Positions 48,615-60,058 of a stretch of DNA of 61,229 nt are shown in pieces; within the stretch, counting starts at the first letter, position 1, and each line of letters opens with the position of its first letter. Source of the DNA: Raillietiella orientalis (lineage: Eukaryota); the NCBI GenBank assembly GCA_036172245.1, contig JAYWIR010000151.1:1-61229 (forward strand), in the 5' to 3' direction. The translations under genes were made by a program, and so were the position numbers. The notes beneath the pieces are model-generated. The model did not search any database. It saw nothing but the letters and a program-made list of their open reading frames with translations, and was not told where the DNA came from.

Positions 48615-51600
48615 TTCAAGAAGAACACAGTGATGTTAATGCCCGCCAGGAAGATGCCGATCGCTACGGGAGTGACCGGATGAATCTGTTAGAGATTGGC
48701 ACGACGCTTTGGAGGAGTGACCTTCCGCCGTGCACCCAGGATGACCTCCTGATGTTTTATCACGGAGGAATCCAGAGTGGGTCCCGATTGCAGCACTTCG
48801 CAGGAAGACGGGAAGACCGAGACTGCGCAGCATGTGGAGACGACGACACGAGACTTCACGTCTTGACGTGTCCCACACTGCTGCATGACTGACTGATCCT
48901 GAAATGGATCATAGGACTTACCAACAAGTCCGTTATGGAGATCCTCGCCGGGATGTTTCATGGGGATGGTAATGTTTCCTGTTACAATCCCATGGTGCGG
49001 AGGGCCATAGCCCTCTTCGTCATCGCCATACTTGTGCGGTGGTGGAAACTGAGGAAAGCCAGGAGAGCCGCAGCACCGATGAAGATCCTACAAGGGCTCT
49101 TGAAGAGGGAAATGGGCATCAGAACTGCGGGAAGATCCACGCCTGGACGTACCGATTCATCCTGAAGAGGATCCAGGACGACGCCCGGGACCATCCAGCT
49201 GGAATTTCTTCCTGAAAAGCAGAACTCTAGTGCAACCCAAGGACCCCCAAGTGCAAAAGGTTTGTTTTGAGTGAATGAGAGTGCGAATGTAAATATTGTA
49301 TTTTTATAGAAAAATAAACTTACTTACCCCTTTTGGGACTTGGGGAAACTTAGTGATTGCGAGAGGCGCTGCCTCTTCCAGATCGGAGGGCTCTTGCGTT
49401 GCTTTTGCTACCGTTGGGGGCAGTGCTGTAGCGGTTGTCCTCGCCCTAGCGGTTTCTTTCTTGGCCGCAGTCGGCGCTACGTCCGCGAGCGAGGACTGCG
49501 GGTTTGCCGGCTGTTTCTTCGCAGCACTGGGCGCCTCTGGCATTTTGGCCGCGGTAGGTTGAGACGGCGCGGTATTCTTTGCCCGCGGGCGCGTTTTTCC
49601 CGTTTCGGGCGAACGACCGAATTCTGCGCCGCTCGTCGAGGCCTTGGTACGAGGTTTCGCGGTCGTGATGCCGACTGTTGTAGGCTTTTTGACCTTCGGC
49701 ACAATGTCTCCTGCATTCAACAATTGGCTGCGAGGTCTCCTAGAAAGGTCACATTCTTCGTGAGCTTCCTTCGCGTCGATAGCCGGAGGCTTTGCCGCGA
49801 CGTGTTTTTTTGTTTTTCATGACTTCTTTGTGGGGGCGAGAAACAGTTTTCTGCACGTGCGTGGTCGCGGTTTTCGCAACGCTTTTCGGAGCTTTGATGT
49901 TTCTTTCTCTCGATTCGCGGAGATTATTCCTTAATGCGGAACGCGATTCGTTCCTGCGCTTTTCGTTTTTTAAAAAGAGCTCCGGGCACGTTCCTTCAGT
50001 GTGTCCGTGCTCGTAGCAGTAACGGCAAGCGGCCGAGAAACACTTCGTATTGCGGTGACCCTCCTGCCCGCATTCCGCGCATACACGCGTTTGCCCGGCA
50101 AACCACAGGCGGACGGTCATTCCATCCACCTGCAGTCGCGTGGGCATTGCACGGCGATCCGTCATCGTCACTCGCACTTGCGCGAGCCCGCTGTGGTGGT
50201 CTTCGAACCCTTCAGCAGGGTTTGGCAGCCTCCAAAGCGCTTGGACGGTAGCGTATTTTTCAAGGGCCGCCACGACTTGGAGGTCCGAAAGGCCCTTACA
50301 CTCCCCACTGAGCCGGACAACGAACGACTGGTCCGTTGTGACAGGGAGTATTTCCTGCCCACGAATGAGCAGCGGCGTGTGCAGAAAACGCTGCGTAAGG
50401 ACAGCGTCCTTACTGGACACCTCCCAGAAGCCGCACCCAATCATGGGCATGATGGACACCAGTTGGACTTTTTGAACTCCAATCCGTTAGAGTTCCTGGA
50501 CAAACTCGCGCCCAATTCACTCAGGCATGAGGACACTTACGTTATACCTGAGTGCAGGCGAGGACAGAGGCTCCTTGCTAGCAGCCGAAGCAGCCATCTC
50601 AGTAGCAGGTGGCGTTCCCTTCTTGCGGCTGATTTTCTTCTTTGCTCCCATTGCAGCACAGAAGCACAGAAGAACAAAAAATCACAAGAGTCAGCCTACC
50701 GCGTAGCGACGCAAGAGCACGTCCGTACGCGACCGTCGCTGATGCGTGAGACGGGAGATGTTCCCGCTTCTTTCCGCTCAGCAAAGGTGCGTCTCCTGCC
50801 GAAAGGCGGTGATTTGCGCGTCCTCAGCAACTGGCGTCCGATCACCTTCGTGAATTCGGACGTCCAGTTGTTCTCCAACCTATGTGTCGCGCGCCTGGGG
50901 AGAATCGCGGAGTTCTTGGTAGGTCCGGAGCAGACGTATGCTGTTCCGGGGCGGTCCATGGACGCGAATCTCTTCTTCGCGCGAACATGGTTCGACCTGC
51001 AACAGCGCGTGGCGCAGCAGAGTCAGGCAGCCGAAATCGCCGCTGCCAAAGGTAAGCGGCGGTGTTCAAGGCACGATGGAACGCCGGAAGCCTTAGCGGT
51101 CGCCGTCGATCTCTGCAAAGCGTTCGAAAGCGTAAACCAGGACCTCCTTCTGAAGCCTCTGGGACGCCTAGGCCGCCCGACGCACCTCATCGCCTACTTG
51201 CGCTCTTGCTGACGCCACGCGTTATGCTGTATCTCTTTCAGCGGACGCCACGTGTATGGCGTTCCCATATGGCGGGGTATCAGGCAGGGAGACACCTTAA
51301 GCCCCCTGCTCTTCAGCATCTTCTTTGAGTTGGTGCTGAGTGCGGACAGGCTGACGCTGGCCAACCTGCCGAGCTCCTGCCCGGGAACACCGGCCGTGAC
51401 CGCCTATGCTGACGACCTTCTGCTACTGCCCATGTCCATCCCGGCGTCCAGGCTCGAAAACTTCTTCGAGCTTATTCGTCGCGGAGCGGGCCAGAGCGTC
51501 AACAGGACCAAATCAACCGTTGTACCGGTTGGCTCTACGTGGGAGAGGCAGTCCGACTGGATCCACCTGGGGATCCCCACAAGCAGGTGCTTGAAGTACC

Positions 51601-52349
51601 TCGGCGTTCCCTTGGGCGCCTTCTGACCAGCAGAAGCGTGGTCGGACTGCCTTCACAAGGCCGAGACCGCTCTAGGCCCGTTCCATGGCACCAGGTTTCT
51701 CCTGTCCGTACCCGCCTTCGTGTGGAACATTTTCATTGCCCTTCTCCTCCGTCTCCTCTTTATTGTTTGCTTCCCTCCCTACTTGGCTAAGCGCCAGAAG
51801 CAACGCCTGCTGCGTAACGCCCTGTGGGGACCGGCGAGGTCCAGGATACGCCTGAAGGACTTGGCGGCACCTCGGTGGGATGCAGGATTGGGCATCCTGA
51901 CGCTGGAGTGGATCGGACTGCTAGTGCAGTTCCGCATGCTGGCACTTTGCGCCCAGCTCTGGACTACTCCCTGGTGTGCTCCAGCGCGGCTGCTGCTTCG
52001 AAGCTGCACGGGTGGCGACGGATTGCGTTCGTTGCATCTGCGCACGGAGCGCGTCCAGAGAGGATTCGGCTTCCCTTTGTAGCAGCTCGCCACGCTTCTG
52101 GGAAAGCATGAGTGGATCTCCTGCCGGCCGACGAACTTCAACGCCTGGAGGCAGGAAGCCTTATCGTCCTGGGCAGCGCAACAGGATGTGTCCCGTTTGG
52201 AACTCCGTTGCGCGAAACTTTCCCCATACTGTCCAGTGGGGAAGCTGCTGGATGACCAGGACCAGTGGACACGCCTAGCCGCTACGCCACTCGCCGAAGC
52301 ACAGTGTGCACTGATGGTGCGAGATGATAGTGACCTGCCGTCGAGGTTG

Positions 52350-52489
52350 GTGCCCAGACCACTGTTGGACTCAGTCGATACGTCGGCGAGAACCTGGTGC
52401 TGGTGTTCACTGACATGGAGAAGGCCTTCGACTCCATCGACCACGGCATGGTGCTGAAGGTTCTGGAGAAGCTTGGGCTTCTCCGGAAC
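52350..52489 (+). repeat. Captured 140-bp copy of the family L RT (matches 47257-47394)
   Basis: Direct alignment with about 8 substitutions and a 2-nt insertion. Confidence 0.9.
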
Positions 52490-52510
52490 CTAACCTAACC
52501 TAACCTAACC
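52487..52510 (-). repeat. Interstitial (TTAGG)n telomere-type repeat
   Basis: AACC(TAACC)4 on the plus strand, perfect. Confidence 0.85.
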
Positions 52511-53320
52511 GTTGCCGAAACGCGACTGATGTGCGGCTGGAGGACGTGCGAGGTAGCAGACGCTGCTACGATATGCCTTCGTGCCAAGGGACTTCTCTGG
52601 TGGAGTGAGCTCCTCGGGGTGCCCACCGATGAACTTGTGGTCCCTTTTGCGTGTTTCGACGAGACTCTCTTTCCCCTTCGGTGGAAGCAGAACGCTTTTC
52701 TGCTGGTGCATTAGGGTTTGTACTGCAACCAGCGGGAGCACCTGATTTCCGGGGTAGTTGCGTCCCCGAACTGTGCCAACTGCGAAGCGGTGGAATCGCT
52801 TTCGTATTTGCTGTTTGAGTGCGGTACCCTCCGGGAGCTGTGGCAGCGGCTGTCTTCAGCGCTCCTGCACTCTGGACACACCGCACTGGATTGGATGCGC
52901 CGCTTCTACACGCGTGGCGGACTTTCTCTTGAAGCGGTCGTCGCAATCATCTGCTGCGTCCGCGCCATTTTCAAGGCCCGCACGTATTGCAGATGCGAGC
53001 AGTCCCAACATCGGTCTCCGACACCGCAGCCTGCAACCTGCAAATGGCTGCCGGGTGCCCACATCTTTGAGCAGAAGTGAAGACGAAGATCGGCGGCATT
53101 CACCGCCGGTTCTGAGAATAGGAACGGTTAGACTGTATACCCCTGTCCCCGCACTTCCACCCAATTTATTTATTTATTGTGCCCCCCTCTACCGTTTCTA
53201 ACTCTCACTGTGCCCGCACTGCGTTCCGGGAAATCTACTCCCCATTTTCTGTTCCCCTTGCCTGGGAACACAGTTCCCAGTTGATATTATAATAAAACTC
53301 CCGGCGCAATCGGGTAATAA

Positions 53321-54473
53321 ACGACAACGCTTCATTCTTTTATCTGCTCGCTTGCCTGCTGTTTTTTCTGGCGGTATGCAAGCTTTTTCTCTAATCTCCT
53401 CTCCTTCTTTGATTTTTTCGCCGTTGCCAATTGCCACCCATTCTCCTGCCCGGCTCCCTCAACTTTTTCGGCGTTGGTCGCCGGGGTCTCGGATGCGGCC
53501 TGGAACTTGAGCGCGGGTAGCACAGCCTTCGCGGCAGCTTTCGCCGCCAGCCTTTTCTGCAGAAGCCGGGCGCGTTTTCTAAGGTTTCTCTTGAAAACCA
53601 CCCGCACTGCTGCTTTTGGGCACACCTCCCTCGTGTGACCCATTGTTCCGCATACTTGGCACTGCACGTTGGGGCACCTTTTTTTCAGGAGGCCCGACGG
53701 ATTGTAGAAGCCACAGTATTTCGGCTTCCCCACATACCAGAGGTCGACGGTTTCGCCTTCGACCATCAATTTGTGGGGAAGAGTGCAGCCCTCCCGAATG
53801 GTCACGCGCGCAGCCGTGAGGCCATGTTGCAGTCCCGTGTAGTCCTCGAAAGGACTAACTTTCGTCCATTGCGCGTGGACCGTTCGGTATTCCTCCAACG
53901 CGGCGCGATCCTGTTAGTTGCGCATCCGCGCGGTAACACCCAACAGGTGGACCACTATGCTGCGTTCCGCCGTAATAGGGAGGAGCCTGCGCATCCCCAT
54001 CACACCTGGGGTTTCAAGCGGTCGTTGCGCCAGCTCAGCATGTTTGCAGATGACCTCAACGTACTGATCCCCGCTGCGGATGGTCATAGCGCTGAGCTCC
54101 TCCTCTTTCACATCGAGAGCGCGCATGCCCTTCGAGAAGGCGCGCGCGCTCTCTAAAGAATAAAGGTTGCCTATCTTGTAGAACAATGAAGGGTTGCACA
54201 CCTCCTCTACATAGGCCGACAATTCCGATGCTGCTGAAGGCGATGGCTCCTACACAATGGCGCTTCACGCCCGCGCTGCATTGGCACTGATTCTGTAGGG
54301 GCGGATGCCCCCACCTCCATCGCCTCTGGGGGCGGCGTTGCCGCTGCCGCCTGGCCATCCCTGGTGGTCGCGTCAGGCATCACTGCCCAATCGACCACCG
54401 AACCACACGACGCTTGCACTGGGGGAGACTTCCTAGCACGAGGAGCCCCGAGAAAACTCTACCACCCTGGAGC
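53321..54473 (-). mobile_element. Family C copy C3, 5' UTR and ORF1 part, more diverged, in tandem with C2
   Basis: ORFs 53914-54222 and 53332-53898 are homologous to C1 ORF1; 5' end GCTCCAGGGTGG. Confidence 0.9.
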
Positions 54474-54488
54474 ACGCAAGGCGTTCGA

Positions 54489-57400
54489 TTTTCACCCGGA
54501 TTTCGCCGGTGCGTTTATTATAAAACAAACATTTACAAAGACGTGCAGTGGCTGGACGATTGCTCCAGCCACGCACGAAGAAACACAGAGCCTGTCGGGT
54601 CATCTGCTCGCAGACCGGTACGGTCCACCACGGCAGCAGGATGAAAGGGAAAAACAAAAAACAAAACAAAAAAAGAAAAGAAAAGTTGGGAGGGTAAGGG
54701 AAAAGATCACAGTTGCTGGTAAGACCATTGCATCCTTTGCAGGATGCCGGCAAGCTCCTTCTGTATTCCTCGATCCTAGTAGAGCCATAGGGACGCCCTC
54801 CTCAGGAACTGGGAGGCTGGCTGGAAGGCACCCTGGTCGCGTTGACCTCCCGTTGCCTTCCTCCAATTGGTGACGATCCCGCGTAGGCAGCACAAAGCTG
54901 CTAACGAGGCCGCTGGCCGAAGTGCGTCAGCAACGGAGAGGGCTTTCAGTGCGTCCCTGGGGTTGCCGCAGGGGATTCCGTTGGCTGCGGCAAAGCGAAA
55001 CCCAAGGGGGCGAAGGGCAACTCAATCCACTAGCAGGTGGGGAAGGGACTCCCGTTCCCCACACCTGACGCAGTTGGGGTCCACCGCTCCCCAGGTCCAG
55101 TGGTGACGGCGGGCGTTGCAGTGGAGTACCCAGTGCTGCAACAGGAGAGCCGAATCCTGCCATTTTAAGGGCACGGTGGAAGTGTTCATGAGCACCGGGG
55201 GCCACTTGAGATGTTCAATGGGAACATCGGGCAGCGCGCCCCAGCGCAGAAGTCCATTGGGATGCGTACTCGGGGACGCAGCGTCTGTTAACTTACCTGT
55301 CTTCCACTCTCCTAACTCCTTCTCATTTCCGGAGAACTTAACTGAAACCTCCCACTTCGCCGCAACATCGCTGTCCAGATCTTCCAGCAATGAGGGTAGC
55401 GCAGCAGCGAGGGAGGTTCTTCCTGCCCACGCTGTCTTCTTTGGATCCTACAGGATATCGCGGAGCGTGCAACTTCTGTAACCACCAAACAGGAACCTTC
55501 GTTCCTGTTGAGAGCGTTGCATGACGAACTGTCCCCACGTACGAACGGTTTCCTGTTACCAGTCACTACCGTTAAATGGGCGACAGGTGAGCAATCCTGG
55601 GTTTTTCCGATACAGCGCAGCCACCCTCCGTAGCTGGAGTCCGCATCGGTTGACGCAGCGACGGAGTGCAAGAAGCGACGTCAGTCCCGTCTTGCCGGTG
55701 GCTTGCTGGAGAAGGAGACGTGCGGGGACGCACCAACAGGTGCACCACCACTCTGGAACGAGTGCCGACAATCGGAACTGGAGCTTAAGCTTCAGCCGCT
55801 CCAGCGTCAGCAAGCCCAGACCACCGTCCCGACGAGGAGTGCACAAGTCCTTTAAGCGGACTCGGGTCCTCCTGTTGCCGCAAAGGGCGATAAGGAGGAG
55901 GTCCTTTGTCTGCTTTTTAATTCTTCCTGTGGGTGGGCAAACAAAAAGCAGGGAACGGAGGAGAGGAGCCGCAAACGTGTTCCAAACCACGCCCCGTTCA
56001 GTCAGGAAAAACCTGCCGCCTCGGAACGGGCCGATCGCCGTCTCTACTTTTTGAAGGCAGCCGGACCACGCTTCCGCAGGGGAGTAGTCCCCCAACGGCA
56101 CACCAAGGTACTTGAAGTACCTCACCGTGGGGATCCCCAAACGGACCCAGTCCTGCTGCCCTGCCCACGCCGCACCAACTGGCATCACGGACGACTTCGC
56201 CCTGTTCACCGTAAGTCCGGTTCCCCGATGCAGCAGGTCGAAGAACTCCTCGACCGCCGCAGCCGGGGTGGACATAGGGAGCAGCAGCAGAAGGTCGTCC
56301 GCGTATGCTGAAACGGCCGGCGGACCGGCACAGTCGTGCGGCAGGTGCGCCAGAGTTCCCCTGTACGCTCTCAGTACCAACTCAAAGTAGGTACTGAAGA
56401 GCAAGGGGCTCAGGCTGTCTCCCTGCCGGATCCCACGCCGCACCGGCACGCCGTGCACGGTCTGCCCGCTGAAAGTAACATTGATAAGCGCGTCGCGCCA
56501 GCAGGAGCGCAGATAGGCCATTAATGAGGCCGGGAAGCCCAAGCGTTCCAGAAGCTCCAGAAGGAGATTCTGGTCGACGCATTCCAATGCTTTTCGCAAG
56601 TCGATTGCGACCGCAAGGGCTCCCTCCCTCCACCCGACCATCCGACCCCTTGCCAGAGCACGCACCGGAATTCCGGCTGCTCAATAAGCCCCTTCCTTGT
56701 TGGAGCTCTAACCATGTGGAAGCGTGGAACAGGTTCGCCTCCATGCTCCGCCCGGGAACAGCATAAGTCTGTTCCGGGCTGATGAAGATGTTGGCAACCC
56801 GTCCCAGACGCTCTGCCCACATCTTGGCTATCAACTTGGCGTCCGCATTCACTATTGTGATGGGACGCCAGTTGTTCATGCTCCTTAGGTCTCCTCCCTT
56901 CGGGAGGAGCCGCACCTTTGCTGAACGAAACGAGGTGGGAACGTCACCTGTTTCACGGATCAGCAAGGTGAGTTGCTGTACCAGGGGGGTAAGCTCAGCC
57001 GCGAAAGTTTGGTAAAACTCCGCGGGCAGGCCGTCCTCCCCTGGAGCCTTCCGCCTCTTGAGCTTTCCGATGGCCGAGAGGATCTCGTCCATCGTGAAAG
57101 GCTCGTCGAGGGTCTTGCTCTGCTCCTCCCCGATCGCTGGAGTGCCTTCCGGAAGCAGGAGTCGTGAGACGTTCCTCTCCGGAGGTGCCCTGGCATACAG
57201 GGAGGAGTAGTAACTCCGCAGCAGGCCGCGCATTTGGGCAGGTGCCGAGTGCTCCTGGCCCTGATCGTCCAGTAAGCTGGCCGATCCGGACTGCCAGGCT
57301 TGCCTCAAGGCTCCCGCTTTGTATTCCGCCAGCCTGCGGATGTCGGGGGTCCTGGCGTAACGACAGGCCTGCAGGTAGGCTCGTTCGTTACGGACCCCGG

Positions 57401-60058
57401 TCCCAAAACCCGTAGGTAGGCGGTGCAGAGGAAACTGGTCGCAGAACTCCTGGACCGACCGCTTGAAGCGGTCCCAATCCTGGAGTGTCCGCAGCCTGAA
57501 GCTCCGTATGAACTTGCGGAGATGTTCCGCCGCGTCCGGGAGCTTCAGCCAGTCCCCTGGGAGACGCCACGCTGACGAGGGGGGACCCCTGTCGCGCGGA
57601 TGGATCTCGAGGACTAGCGGGCGATGGTCGGACAGCTCGCACGGTAACCTGCCGCGGCTGCCCACGCGAGGGCACAGGTGCTCGTCAAGAAACACGTGGT
57701 CAATGCTGTCTTCCATCCCCGGTGCACTGGCCAACAGATTACAGGTGTGCACCGCCATGCACACCTCGTTGACCAGGTCACGCTCGGGATTCTGCTCATC
57801 TGGTTTCAGGCGAACGTTGAAATCGCCTGCAACCAGATGGGCATTCCGCACGCCTGCTTCGGTCAGCCAGTCTCGCCGGAGGATAAGGAAAAACTCTTTC
57901 CTCGCCCTCCTGTTCATCAGGTCCTTGCCGCTCGGTGCGTACACGTTCGTGACGATCAGATCGATCGAGTCCGACCACCTAAGAGTCAGCTGGCCGACAC
58001 GACCGTGATCGTCGAACCGCACGCCCCGAGTCGCGGCCTCGACGGCTGGCCGAAGCAGGTAGGCGACACCGCAACTTTTCGCTCTCTCACACCTGTACCA
58101 TAGCCGCCCTCCGGAGATCCGTTCGATCTCTTGCGCTTGTTCTGCAGAGATCACGTGGATCTCCTGCAGCAGCGCAAGGTCGTAGGACTCCAGAAGGGCG
58201 GCTATGTCTCGTCTCCTGCCGGCGTCTGTCATGCCGTTCAGGTTCCAAACGGCGATGCGCAGACGACGGCAGGAGGAGATTCCCGGCATTACTGCTGGGA
58301 AGATTAAGGTGTGAGGGAGGCCTCCTCTTGCGAGGTGGTCAAGATGTCCATGGGGGTTTCGGCCTTCTCAGGCACCTGAGGCACCTGTTCGGGCTCCACC
58401 TCCTCCATCCCCTCCGTGTCCGTGCGTGGGAGTCTCTAGGGCGACGGGTCCCGAGAGTTTCCCACGCTCATGGCACCCTCGCTTGCGGAAGCCATCTCTT
58501 CCCCTTCGTCGGGGGAGACGAGCTTCCTTGGCTTTGTGGACTTACGTCCAGCCTTCTTGCGCGGTGCCGTAGAAACGGAGGCTGCGGTTCCGGCCTCCAC
58601 CTCGGGGTCGGAAGTGGGGGACTCCTGAGGGGAGGCCGGACGCCCTACGGCCTTCTTGCCAGCCTTGGAGGATTCTGGCTGCAAAGAGGCTGCCAGCTCC
58701 TCCGCGGCTCGCGCGAAGGCTACGTCATCGATGGTGGTGTCGATAACGGACGCCGCCGCCGGTTCGCTCCCCTCGCTGTTGTCTGTGTCAACAGAGGGGA
58801 GGTCGTCGGTAGCGGCGAGTTCGTTCCGGCAGCGTTCGGCAACATCGAGAACGCGTTCGACAACGACGCTGCACTCTTTAATTATGGCGCTACCCTGCTC
58901 TTTCTTCTTCTATTGGTAAGCGATTTTCTTTTCCATCCTCCTCTCCTTCTTTGATTTTTTAGCTGTTGCCACTTGCCACTCAGTCTCCTGGCCGGCTCCC
59001 TCAACTTTTTCGGCGTTGGTCGCCGGGGTCTCGGGTGCGGCCTGGGTCTTGGGCGCGGGTGGCACAGCCTTCGCGGCAGCTTTCGCCTCCAGTCTTTTCT
59101 GCAGAAGCCATGCGCGTTTTTTAAGGTTTCTCTTGTAAACCATTCGCACTGCTGCTTTTGGGCACACCTCCCTCGTGTGACCCATTGTGCCGCATACTTG
59201 GCACTGCACATTGGGACACCTTTTTTTGAGGTGGCCCGACGTATTGCAGAAGCCACAGTATTTCGGCTTCCCCACATACCAGATTTCGACGGTTTCGCCT
59301 TCGACCACCAGTTTGTGGGGAAGAGTGCAGCCCTCCCGAACGGTCATGCGCGCAGCAGTGAGGCCGTGTTGCAGCCCCGTGTAGTCTCCGAGAGGACTAA
59401 CTTTCGTCCACTGAGCGTGGACCGTTCCAAACTGTTCCAAAGCGGCGCGAACCTGGTCTTTGCGCATTCGCGCGGTCACGCCTAACAGGTGGACCACCAT
59501 GCTGCGGTCCGCCGTAGTGAGTTGAACCCTGCGCGTCCCCATCACAACGGGGGTTTTAAGCAGTCGTTGGGCCAGCTCTGCATGTTTGCAGATGACCTCA
59601 ACGTACTGACCCCCGCTGCGGATGGTCATAGCGCTGAGCTCCTCCTCTTTCACATCGAGAGCGCGCATGCCCTTCGAGAAGGCGCACGCGCTCTCTAAAG
59701 AATATAAATTGCCTACCTTGTAGAACAATGAGGGGTTGTACCCCTCCTCTACAGAGGCCGACAATTCCGCCGCGGCTGCAGGCGATGGCGCCGACAGAAC
59801 GGCGCTCCACGCCCGCGCTGCAGAGGGGACCGATTCTGTGGATGCGGATGCCCTCACCTCCATCGCCTATGGGGGCGACGTTTCCGCCGCCCCCTGGCTC
59901 TCCATCGCCTCTGGGGGCGGCGTTGCCGCTGCCCTCTGGCCATCCCTGGTGGTCGCGTCAGGCATAGCTGCCTGATCGACCACCGAATCACACGACGCTT
60001 GCACTGAGGGAGACTTCCTGGCACGAGGAGCACCGAGAAAACACGTCCACCCTAGAGC
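54489..60058 (-). mobile_element. Family C copy C2, full length (ORF1 59965-58304, ORF2 58289-54707; both disrupted)
   Basis: GGACGTG at 60048-60042; ORFs 58910-59863, 56382-58289 and 55556-56665 (YADD); 3' hairpin at 54519-54493; flanks 54474-54488 and 60059-60073. Confidence 0.95.

Larger units (their letters stand above)
43676..49327 (+). mobile_element. Distant L1/Tx1-like family L, near full length, antisense within F1 ORF1
   Basis: Own ORF1 (three knuckles) and ORF2; ends AATAAA-CTTACTTAC (49313-49327); lacks the A-G terminal motifs; 5' boundary approximate. Confidence 0.9.
33563..50735 (-). mobile_element. Family F copy F1, split into three parts (33563-35679, 41219-43675, 49328-50735) by C1 and L
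   Basis: GGACGTG at 50724-50718; ORF1 knuckles in ORF 49749-50459; TAATG at 42939-42935; APE 42092-42958; RT continuous across C1 at HKAFD; 3' hairpin at 33592-33568; near-TSD TCTCTGATGCGT (33551-33562) and TCGCTGATGCGT (50736-50747). Confidence 0.82.
50736..53320 (+). mobile_element. Copy E2, main fragment (decayed RT, zinc finger, 3' UTR); assignment to family E is inferred
   Basis: WRPITFVNSD, DLCKAFE, RQGDTLSP, YADD, KYLG and CANCEAVES; terminal AATAAA-ACTCCCGGCGCAATCGGGT at 53291-53315. Confidence 0.85.

Noticed and set aside
43660..49340. TSD around element L
   Set aside because: The flanks share no direct repeat. The similarity of TAGCGATCGCGAGAG (about 43616) and TAGTGATTGCGAGAG (about 49351) is not at the boundaries.
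52350..52489. TR/VR pair of a diversity-generating retroelement (with 47257-47394)
   Set aside because: The mismatches are not adenine-specific and the copy is RT coding sequence in a repair scar.
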